NCBI GenBank assembly: GCA_031425695.1
Contig: JANPJV010000116.1
Coordinates: 120 to 64,119, forward strand
From: Rhodanobacteraceae bacterium
Lineage (GTDB): Bacteria; Pseudomonadota; Gammaproteobacteria; Xanthomonadales; SZUA-5
Direction: 5' to 3'
Length of the DNA: 64,000 nt
In this document: in pieces, positions 39,541 to 50,241 of the stretch
How positions within the stretch are numbered: position 1 is the stretch's first letter
Layout: each line of letters starts with the position of its first letter
The notes under the pieces: model-generated
The model's input: the letters and a program-made list of their open reading frames with translations, nothing else
Told to the model about the DNA's origin: nothing
The model's database searches: none
Translations under genes and position numbers: made by a program

Positions 39541-40713
39541 TCAGCGAAAATTGCGCTCGCGCAGGGCGCGCATCGGCTCCAATGCGAGCTCGAGCAGGGT
39601 GCGGCGTCCGGTCAGGACGCGCGCCTCGCCGGTCATGCCGATGCGCAACGGCATCTGTGGACCGCTGCCGATCGGCAGCGCTGCCAGTGCGAAGAATTCC
39701 GGCGCGGTGCGGCCGCGTTCCGGGGTCGGGCTGATGAAGGTCAGTTGCGTGCGCACCGAGCCGTGGCGCTGATAGGGATAGGCGGCCAGCAGCAGCCGCA
39801 CTTCCTGCCCCGTCCGCACGCGCGGCACGTCCGGCTCCGGCAGCACCAGGCGCACCTGCGCCGCGGCATTTTCGCGCGCCAGCTGACACAGCTCGGCCCC
39901 AAGCGCGATCACGCTGCCTGGTGTCTGTTCGGTCAGGCTCACGACGACCGCATCGTATGGCGCACGGATCGATTCGAGGTCGCCCTGGCTTTCGCGCAAT
40001 TGGGCGCGCAATGCGCCGCTCTGCACGCCCAGCTTGTCGACCAACAGCGCCTCTTCGCTGCGCTCGCGTGAACGCTGGTCGATTCGTTCCTGGCGTTGGC
40101 GCCGCAGTTGCTGTAGCTGCTGTTGGGCGAGTACGCGGGCGCTCTCGGATTCTGCGACGACCAGCTGGTCCGCGAGCAACGTGAGCTGGGGCAAAAGCCC
40201 ATCGGCCACGGCCTTTTCCTTGCGCGCGACGATCGCTCGCGTGGCGGCATGGTGCTGATCGCGAAAGTCGAGCTCGCGCCGCGCCAGCAGCAGCTGCGCA
40301 TCGTATCCCGCGAGCTCGGACCGATGCGCGAGGTCACGCTGCACGGTCTGTTCGGTGAGTGCGTGCTGGTCCTGGCCGACCTGCTGCAGACGTGCATCGG
40401 CGTCGCGCACGCTGTCACTGCGAATCGCGAACAGCTCGTCGCCAGCCTTGACCAATTGCCCCGCGCGCACTCGGACGCTCGCGAGCTGTCCGCCCACGCT
40501 CGCCTGAACCGGCGCGGCGCCATCCACCGGCTCGATGACGAATGGCGCGACCACCGTTTCCGGCAGCTGGAAACCGACCGCGAACAGAGCCGCCGCGAGC
40601 GCCAGCGAAATCAGCAACCAGCCCGTCCAGCGCGCGACCTTTGCCGGCGGGTCGACAGGCAACAGGCCGGAAGGTTGGTCGAAGGAGCGGTCGGGCAGCG
40701 CTGGCGCGCTCAT
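39541..40713 (-). CDS. HlyD-family membrane fusion / secretion protein
   Basis: N-terminal TM (WLLISLALAAALFAV), biotinyl-lipoyl-like hairpin (G.L..V.V..GQ.VKAGD.LF.I), long coiled coil, C-terminal beta-barrel (..PLRIGMTGEARV). Confidence 0.9.
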   Translation of the reverse strand: MSAPALPDRSFDQPSGLLPVDPPAKVARWTGWLLISLALAAALFAVGFQLPETVVAPFVIEPVDGAAPVQASVGGQLASVRVRAGQLVKAGDELFAIRSDSVRDADARLQQVGQDQHALTEQTVQRDLAHRSELAGYDAQLLLARRELDFRDQHHAATRAIVARKEKAVADGLLPQLTLLADQLVVAESESARVLAQQQLQQLRRQRQERIDQRSRERSEEALLVDKLGVQSGALRAQLRESQGDLESIRAPYDAVVVSLTEQTPGSVIALGAELCQLARENAAAQVRLVLPEPDVPRVRTGQEVRLLLAAYPYQRHGSVRTQLTFISPTPERGRTAPEFFALAALPIGSGPQMPLRIGMTGEARVLTGRRTLLELALEPMRALRERNFR

Positions 40714-40735
40714 GAGTGGAGTCCCCTTTGAGCGT

Positions 40736-43875
<3,140 letters not shown>

Positions 43876-43879
<4 letters not shown>

Positions 43880-44076
43880 ATCGAGTCGTCGAGCGTCTGC
43901 GATTCGTTGTGATTGAGGCGCGCGCTGCCGCCCCAGCCGCTGTCCGAAAGCGGTCCGCCCTTGATCTCGTCGCCGGCTTCGACAGCCAGGTCCGCAAGCG
44001 CCGGCTCAGCTTCGAGCGGAGCTACGGACGACGATGTGTCGGTCGCGGGCGTAGGGTCGGGACTCGAGTTGATCAT
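43876..44076 (-). CDS. putative double-glycine-leader peptide P1 (66 aa)
   Basis: GGAG about 10 nt upstream. MINSSPDPTPATDTSSSVAPLEAEPALADLAVEAGDEIKGG / PLSDSGWGGSARLNHNESQTLDDSM. Its TGA overlaps the GTG of the C39-ABC gene (GTGA). Confidence 0.6.
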
Positions 44077-44159
44077 TTGCTGCTTGCTCCAGTGAGGTGA
44101 CGAGGCGAATGCAATGGACCCATGCACTCGAAGTACGCACCTCCGCTGTCCCACAGATC

Positions 44160-44591
44160 ACGCCTCGTCAGATTATTTTTCGGCAGCCGGCACGCTCTAG
44201 CTTTGCCAGATTCGCCCGACAGGTGAGAAGGCGCGGATGGTCCGCCGGCAACGCCTGCTCAAAGATGCGCAGCGCACGCTCCTACAGCTGGGCAGCCTCG
44301 ATGAAATCCCCCTGACGCTTGCGCAACAACCCGAGATTGGTGAGGGTCAGGGCTGTACTTGCCCAGCACGGCGCGGTTGTTGAGCAGCGGCACGAGTGCT
44401 GGAGAATCCGCGCCGAACAACTGTTCCGCGAGCGCCAGCGCCTGCTCGAACGCCGACCGCGACTGCGGGTACTGGCCTAGATCGCACAGCCGATTGGCAA
44501 GCTCGTGGAGTTCCTGCAGACGAGCAAGCTCGGTGGCAGCCGGTCGCGATATGTCCCCGCGTAAGCTCAATCCAGCCCAGCCAGCATCCAA
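44160..44591 (-). pseudogene. TPR-repeat gene remnant (frameshift plus in-frame stop)
   Basis: One frame reads ..ANRLCDLGQYPQSRSAFEQALALAEQLFGADSPALVPLLNNRAVLGKY. The TPR-like sequence continues in another frame as ALTLTNLGLLRKRQGDFIEAAQL-stop-ERALRIFEQALPADHPRLLTCRANLAKL. Confidence 0.55.
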
Positions 44592-45571
44592 TGAACATGC
44601 CGAGTCAGCAAGGCGCCCACTAGCTGTTCCACCAGCACATCTTCGAGCCTGGCCGCGAGGAAGGGATCGGCGAGGTTGGGTTCGATCAAGCGCGTGAACC
44701 CCAGCAGCAACTGACGCTCACCGTCGACTATGACCTCAGTGACCATGCCGGGCCGGATCTGGAACAACGCCTGGCGCCACGATCCGGGCAGATCGGACAC
44801 CCACCAGCGTTCAGTGCGATGCGCAAAGCCGCCAAGGGCGGCAATCTCAAGAAGGCTCTGCCCGTCCTCGATCACGCAGTGACGCGCCTCGCGCGCCGCA
44901 TCGAGGCGATCGAACTCGACGACTTCACCTTCGATCCGCAGCCACTGGCGCCGGTCCTGCGCGAGGAGGCGCTCGCGGGCGTCGTTGGTGATCGTTTCGG
45001 AGAGATGGGCAGAGAAGCCGGCGTCGAGCGCGTCCCAGCACTGCAGCGCCGGACCATCCACGCACGCTCGTACCTCAGCGGCCGCCGCCACTCGAGCTGC
45101 GAACGCTCTTGCGACCAGCCGGAAGTCGTCCGAAAGAATGATATCAATCTCAGCGTTGGCTACAGAAGCCGCGCCGCTGTCCAGCAGGCGTCGTCGCATG
45201 CCCGCACGCAGATCGGCGAAGCTGAGTGCGCGCGCAGAAAGCCAGGCCAGGCAATCCTGCGCGCTTACCAGGCCATGCGCGTAGCGAAAGGCCTGGACAG
45301 CCGCATCGACGGCTGACTCGTCGACTGGTGCGCTCGTTGGTTGTCGTGCACTCGGAGCGGATCCAACGTCGTCGCCCAGCACCAGTGGCGCGACGGCGCG
45401 AACATCGGCAACGGTCCAGACCCGCTGCGCTGCTGTGAATACGGGCAGTTGCAGTCGAGGGTGGGACTCCGCTTCCGCGGAACTGGCGTCTTTGCGCATT
45501 GCAAGGCCCATGCAAACTCCGGCAATTGTGCCCGCGATCGCCATCAGTGATATTTGGCCTTCGCGCGCCAC
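44567..45571 (-). CDS. accessory protein of the peptide locus; possibly a degenerate PpiC/rotamase-like peptide-maturation protein (start uncertain)
   Basis: Sits 18 nt downstream of P2. ..AVQAFRYAHGLVSAQDCLAWLSARALSFADL.. and C-terminal ..LLEIAALGGFAHRTERWWVSDLP..ALFQIRPGMVTEVI... resemble parvulin-type accessory proteins by eye only. Confidence 0.6.
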   Translation of the reverse strand: MAREGQISLMAIAGTIAGVCMGLAMRKDASSAEAESHPRLQLPVFTAAQRVWTVADVRAVAPLVLGDDVGSAPSARQPTSAPVDESAVDAAVQAFRYAHGLVSAQDCLAWLSARALSFADLRAGMRRRLLDSGAASVANAEIDIILSDDFRLVARAFAARVAAAAEVRACVDGPALQCWDALDAGFSAHLSETITNDARERLLAQDRRQWLRIEGEVVEFDRLDAAREARHCVIEDGQSLLEIAALGGFAHRTERWWVSDLPGSWRQALFQIRPGMVTEVIVDGERQLLLGFTRLIEPNLADPFLAARLEDVLVEQLVGALLTRHVHWMLAGLD

Positions 45572-45589
45572 CGCGCGCGAGCAGTGGAA

Positions 45590-45745
45590 TCAGGCAATTC
45601 CGAGCTGCTTGAGATTGTTGGAGCGGCTCCTGCCACCGATGACGTCCTGTTCGGGTTCCAGATCAGTGCCGTCGATCTGATTGGGAACCGGTTGCGAGGC
45701 GTCGTCACCGCTGGTCGGTGGGTTTGAATTGTGAGTAGTGTCCAT
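45590..45745 (-). CDS. putative double-glycine-leader peptide P2 (51 aa)
   Basis: GAGGA 6 nt upstream of the ATG. MDTTHNSNPPTSGDDASQPVPNQIDGTDLEPEQDVIGG / RSRSNNLKQLGIA. Confidence 0.55.
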   Translation of the reverse strand: MDTTHNSNPPTSGDDASQPVPNQIDGTDLEPEQDVIGGRSRSNNLKQLGIA

Positions 45746-45943
45746 GTGCGTCCTCAATGGGCATGGCGCATCCCGAGTGGCCCGTGGCTGGACACGCGGT
45801 CGAGTGCACAGCACCAGTACGCAAGATCGCGCGGCCACAGATCAGAATAATCGTTGCGGATCGGTTCAATGGGCCACCCTGACACCACCGGGCCATATGG
45901 CATGATCCGGCGCCTCGCTGAAATGTGATGCGATCGGGTCAGG

Positions 45944-48900
45944 ATGCGGCGCATCTCCCTGCTTCACCGGATTTGTCTGCTGGGTGGCCTGCTGCTGGCG
46001 AGCACTGGCGCCTTTGGCCGGACCATGGTGGTTCGCCATTTCAGCAGCACCGAAGGTCTGCCGGTCGCCAGCGCGAGCGCTGCGCGCGTCGACGCGGATG
46101 GTTTCCTCTGGGTGGCGACTCACGACGGCCTGGCGCGTTTCGATGGTCGCGAGTTCACCGTCTACGACGCCGCCAGCAACCCGGACATGTCGAGCAACCG
46201 CATGAACGGGCTGCACGCGGATTCCGCGCGGGCGCTATATGCGGTGTCCCTGCGTGGCGAGCTGCTGGCGGTGCGTTCTTCCGGCATCAAGCGCCTTCGC
46301 CCGGATGCCAGCGACCCTGAATCGCCCATCCATTACCTGGAGCCTGAGAGCCTTTGCCTGACACTGAACCGGGGCCGGTTCTGTCCAAACGGCAGCGGCG
46401 GGTTCTCGCTGCGGAAACAGTTTGCGGAGCCCGGACGCGTCAAACTCGCGCTCTCGGCGGGCGCTGATGCAGTTTGGGAAATCGTCCCATTCCAGGGCGT
46501 CTACCTGGATGCCATCGGCGGTCGAAGCCTGGTGCACGCGGATCCGGGCCTGGTGCTGCAGCCGAGCCTGGGCGAGACGGCGATCGCCGTCGCAACCGAT
46601 GACGGAGAATTGCTGCTCGCTACTGAGAACGGACTGCTCCGGGTAACCGCCGACGGCGGCCGTTATCTTGAAACCGCCGACAAGCAGCTCGTCGTGCTGC
46701 AGCTGCGCGCCGAACCAAAGGGCGGGCTCTGGGTGGGCGCCGATGATGGCCTGTATCAGTTGCACGCTGGCGAACTCAAGCGCGTGGAGGCGACGGCGCG
46801 GTCGCTCGCCAGCTCACGCAGCTGGCGCGGACCGGACGGCGCGCTGTGGCGCTCCACCGATGGCGAACTCTACCGCGAGGCGACCCTGCAGCTTTCCAGT
46901 CGCGGGCAGATTCGCGACCTCTACTTTGACCGCGACGGCAGCGTATGGGTCAGCACGCTGCGCGACGGCATCTACGCCTTGCACGAGGCACGCGTCGATC
47001 TGCTCAACGCTGATTCCGCGATGGTCAGCGACAACACCTACTCAGTCTCCCGAGCCACCGACGGCAGCATGTGGCTGGGCAGCCTCGGCGGCGGCATCCA
47101 GCGTGTAGATGGCGCCGGCACGGTTCGAAACTATGGACTGGAGGCCGGGCTGCCGGGGCTCAATCCGTGGGTCGTGGCGGTTGCGCCGGACGCCAGCGTG
47201 TACGCCGCGACCTTTGCGCCGGGTCTCTATCGCAAGGCGGCGGACAGCGAAAATTTTTCACCGGTTGCGTTGCCTCCGGCGCTCCAGGAGCGCCAGATCT
47301 TTGCGCTCAGCTTTGCCCCGGATGAAAAGCTCTGGCTCGGCAGCGCCGACGGCGCATGGCTTCGAGAGGGCGACGGCTGGCAACGGATCTGGCCCGAGGG
47401 CCGCAGCGAACGGGTTCACGCCGTGCTGCATGGGGATGCTGGCGGGGTGCACCTGGCAAGCGGCGACGGGCTGTGGCGGATCGACCACGCTGGTGCGCAC
47501 GCAGTCGCAAGCTCATTGGTGGCCGGTGTGCCCGTGCGCGGCCTGGCCCGTGACAGCCAGGGCACGCTTTGGGGCAGCACGGAAGGTCGCGGGCTGGTCC
47601 GCATCGCCGCCGACGATGTCGAAGGCAGCAAGGCGGTCCTGATCGGCCGTCCCGCCGGGCTGCCCTCGAACAGTCCGCATGCCGTGGTTGAAGATGCGAC
47701 CGGCAGTCTCTGGGTGAACAGCAACCAGGGCATCTTCCGTCTGACGCGCGCCGGCATTGCCGATTACCTGGAGGGTCGCAGCCGCGTCATTTCGCCGCTG
47801 ACGCTGGGCCTGGCCGATGGCTTGTCGGAGCTCGAGGGTAATGGCGGCGTTCAACCCGCTGCGGCAGTGGACTCCGCCGGGCGCATCTGGTTTCCATCGC
47901 AGCGCGGCATCGTCCGCATCGACACTGCGCGCTTGCCGCTGCGTCGCCAGCCACCGCGCGCCGTGATCGACGGGATCGACAGCCAGGGCTCGCCGGTGAC
48001 GCTGGCCGAGCACGGACTGCCGCTCGGGGTGCGCTCGGTCCAGGTGCGCTACAACGCGGCTGACCTGCACGCCGGCGCGGAAGTGCGCTTTCGGTACCGC
48101 TTGTACCCAGTCGACCAGAACTGGACTGACGCCGGCACCCGGCGTGTGGCCGCTTTCGCGGCGCTGGCGCCCGACCGCTACCGGTTCGAGGTCATTGCCG
48201 GCAACAGCGATGGATTCTGGTCAGCCGCGCCGGTGGTCCTCGAATTCCTGGTGCCAGCCCATTGGCACGAATCGAGGGAGTTTCGCTGGTCCCTGGGTCT
48301 GGGGGTGTTGCTGCTATCGATCGCATTGGCGCAGTGGCGCGTGCATCGACTGCGCCAGCGCGCAGTAGCCCTCGACGCCCAGGTGGATCTGCGCACGCGC
48401 GAGCTCAGCACCGAGAAGGAGCGCGTCGAATCGACCTTGGCCAGCCTGGCCACCGCACATTCCGATCTCGCCCTCACCCACGGTGAAATCGAGCTGCGCA
48501 ATCGCAAGCTTGCCGAGCAGACGGCGCGACTCGAGAGCCTGGATCGATTCCGTACCCGACTGCTGGCAGATGTCAGCCACGAGTTGCGCACGCCATTGAT
48601 GCTGATCAAGTTGCCGCTGCGTGAGCTCGTCGAGGGCGCGAAGAAACTCGCCGCAACGGATCGGCAGCGCCTGCAGTTGCCCTTGCAGCAGACCGAGCGC
48701 TTGAGCCATCTGGTCGAACAGTTGGTGGGACTGGTGCAGGCCGAAGCCGGGCAGTTGCGGCTCAAGGTCCGGCGCATCGACCTCATCGGGTGGGCCCGTG
48801 GACTGATTGCCGCGTTCGAGCCGATCGCCGAGCGCCACGGAGTACAGCTGGAGTTGCACACCGGGTTGGACAGCCTGGCGGCCTATGTCGACGCCGATCA

Positions 48901-49957
48901 CCTCGCGACGATCTTGGGCAATTTCCTGGACAACGCCCTGAAATACGCCCCAGGCGCTTCGATCGTCCGCGTGAGCATCGAGACCAATGCGCCGGGCGAT
49001 TGGGCGCACGTCAGCGTTGCCGACCGCGGACCCGGCTATCCACCGGAACTTGCCGACTCGCTATTCGACCGCTTTTTTCGTGCCGAGGGGCCGCCGCGTG
49101 CGGGTCGCGAAGGCTTGGGGATCGGCCTGGCGCTCGCCCGCGAATTGGTCGAACTGCACGGCGGGCGCATCGGCACTTCGGTCAGCCCGGCCGAGGGCAC
49201 CGTGTTCTGGTTGGATCTTCCGCTCGGCAGCGCCCATATCGCACTCGACGAGGTAGCACTGGAAGGCGCGGGCGAAGGCTTGCTGCCGATCGCGCAGGCC
49301 GGTGATGGCGGCATCCTGCTGGTCGAAGACCATCCGGAATTGGCGGCGTATTTGACCGAACGGCTGGCCGAATTCTTCCCTGTCCGCACCGTCGCGAGTG
49401 CCGAATTGGCCGTGCCGGAAATGCAGCGCGGCGATATTCGATTACTGGTCAGCGACGTCAAGCTTCCCGGGATGGACGGCGTCGAGCTCTGTCGCACACT
49501 GAAAGCGATGCCGGCTTTCAAGGCATTGCCGGTGATATTGATTTCGGCAAAATCCACGCTGATGGATCGCGATGCGGGGATCGCGGCAGGAGCAGTGACC
49601 TGGATTACCAAACCATTTGAACTTTCCACGCTGATTGCAGAAATTCGCCATTTCTGGCCCGACAGCGGTCGCCCCAGTCGCCCAGCCGGCATTCCCAATC
49701 AAACTCGCAGCCAATCTCCAAGACCCGATCCTGCAGGTCGTGCGTACTCGCATGGCGGATCCGGAATTCGGGGTGGCCGAATGGTCCGCTGCGGCGCATC
49801 TGTCCGACCGGCAATTGCGCCGCAGGGTGACCGAACTCACCGGTCTTTCGCCGATTGTCTGGTTGCGCGAGCAGCGTTTGGAGAAGGTCCGGGAATTGAT
49901 CAGCAACGGTGCCTGCCAGACGATCGCCGAGGCCGGCCGTCAATGCGGCTTCGATAA
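45944..49957 (+). CDS. hybrid sensor histidine kinase/response regulator with two-component-regulator-propeller + Y_Y_Y sensor (HTCS-like). The last ~100 codons of the drawn ORF are probably out of frame.
   Basis: Signal/TM, repeated propeller blades (..LWVAT.DGL.RFDG..), Y_Y_Y (VRFRYRLYPVDQNW..YRFEV), TM, H-box LLADVSHELRTPL, HATPase (DRGPGYP..GLGIGLALARELVELHGG), receiver (LLVEDHPEL..LLVSDVKLPGMDG..ISAK..ITKPF). Confidence 0.85.
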   Translation: MRRISLLHRICLLGGLLLASTGAFGRTMVVRHFSSTEGLPVASASAARVDADGFLWVATHDGLARFDGREFTVYDAASNPDMSSNRMNGLHADSARALYAVSLRGELLAVRSSGIKRLRPDASDPESPIHYLEPESLCLTLNRGRFCPNGSGGFSLRKQFAEPGRVKLALSAGADAVWEIVPFQGVYLDAIGGRSLVHADPGLVLQPSLGETAIAVATDDGELLLATENGLLRVTADGGRYLETADKQLVVLQLRAEPKGGLWVGADDGLYQLHAGELKRVEATARSLASSRSWRGPDGALWRSTDGELYREATLQLSSRGQIRDLYFDRDGSVWVSTLRDGIYALHEARVDLLNADSAMVSDNTYSVSRATDGSMWLGSLGGGIQRVDGAGTVRNYGLEAGLPGLNPWVVAVAPDASVYAATFAPGLYRKAADSENFSPVALPPALQERQIFALSFAPDEKLWLGSADGAWLREGDGWQRIWPEGRSERVHAVLHGDAGGVHLASGDGLWRIDHAGAHAVASSLVAGVPVRGLARDSQGTLWGSTEGRGLVRIAADDVEGSKAVLIGRPAGLPSNSPHAVVEDATGSLWVNSNQGIFRLTRAGIADYLEGRSRVISPLTLGLADGLSELEGNGGVQPAAAVDSAGRIWFPSQRGIVRIDTARLPLRRQPPRAVIDGIDSQGSPVTLAEHGLPLGVRSVQVRYNAADLHAGAEVRFRYRLYPVDQNWTDAGTRRVAAFAALAPDRYRFEVIAGNSDGFWSAAPVVLEFLVPAHWHESREFRWSLGLGVLLLSIALAQWRVHRLRQRAVALDAQVDLRTRELSTEKERVESTLASLATAHSDLALTHGEIELRNRKLAEQTARLESLDRFRTRLLADVSHELRTPLMLIKLPLRELVEGAKKLAATDRQRLQLPLQQTERLSHLVEQLVGLVQAEAGQLRLKVRRIDLIGWARGLIAAFEPIAERHGVQLELHTGLDSLAAYVDADHLATILGNFLDNALKYAPGASIVRVSIETNAPGDWAHVSVADRGPGYPPELADSLFDRFFRAEGPPRAGREGLGIGLALARELVELHGGRIGTSVSPAEGTVFWLDLPLGSAHIALDEVALEGAGEGLLPIAQAGDGGILLVEDHPELAAYLTERLAEFFPVRTVASAELAVPEMQRGDIRLLVSDVKLPGMDGVELCRTLKAMPAFKALPVILISAKSTLMDRDAGIAAGAVTWITKPFELSTLIAEIRHFWPDSGRPSRPAGIPNQTRSQSPRPDPAGRAYSHGGSGIRGGRMVRCGASVRPAIAPQGDRTHRSFADCLVARAAFGEGPGIDQQRCLPDDRRGRPSMRLR

Positions 49958-50006
49958 TCCAAGCTACCTTTACCGGCTGTATCGCGCCCAGTTCGGAGAA
50001 GGCTGA
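49635..50006 (+). CDS. AraC/XylS-type HTH domain ORF, probably the frameshifted output domain of the preceding hybrid sensor
   Basis: ..ADPEFGVAEWSAAAHLSDRQLRRRVTELTGLSPIVWLREQRLEKVRELI.....TIAEAGRQCGFDNPSYLYRLYRAQFG. The frame opens right after a TGA at 49632, and only a TTG start is available. Confidence 0.7.
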   Translation: MQKFAISGPTAVAPVAQPAFPIKLAANLQDPILQVVRTRMADPEFGVAEWSAAAHLSDRQLRRRVTELTGLSPIVWLREQRLEKVRELISNGACQTIAEAGRQCGFDNPSYLYRLYRAQFGEG

Positions 50007-50241
50007 GCGCGCACCTGTCGGTATCGACAGCTTGCTGCACCCGCTTCCCTGGCCGTGGCGCGCCAGCGCCCAGAGCCTACGCCCGGGCGTGACCAAGGGA
50101 CGATACGTCACGAAGTCCGAATCGTGCCACTCGACGGCCGATTCCTGTCTGTGCGCGATGACCGCGTGTCTGCATGCTGGATTGGCCTCGCACCCTCGCG
50201 GGTCCGGGCGCTGCTCCCCACGCACGCAAAGGTCGACCGCC

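Noticed and set aside
49909-50241. ORF-track start of the giant protein at 49909
   Set aside because: This upstream extension overlaps the AraC-domain coding region in another frame and lacks signal-peptide character. The ATG at 50242, followed by a hydrophobic signal sequence, is the more plausible start.
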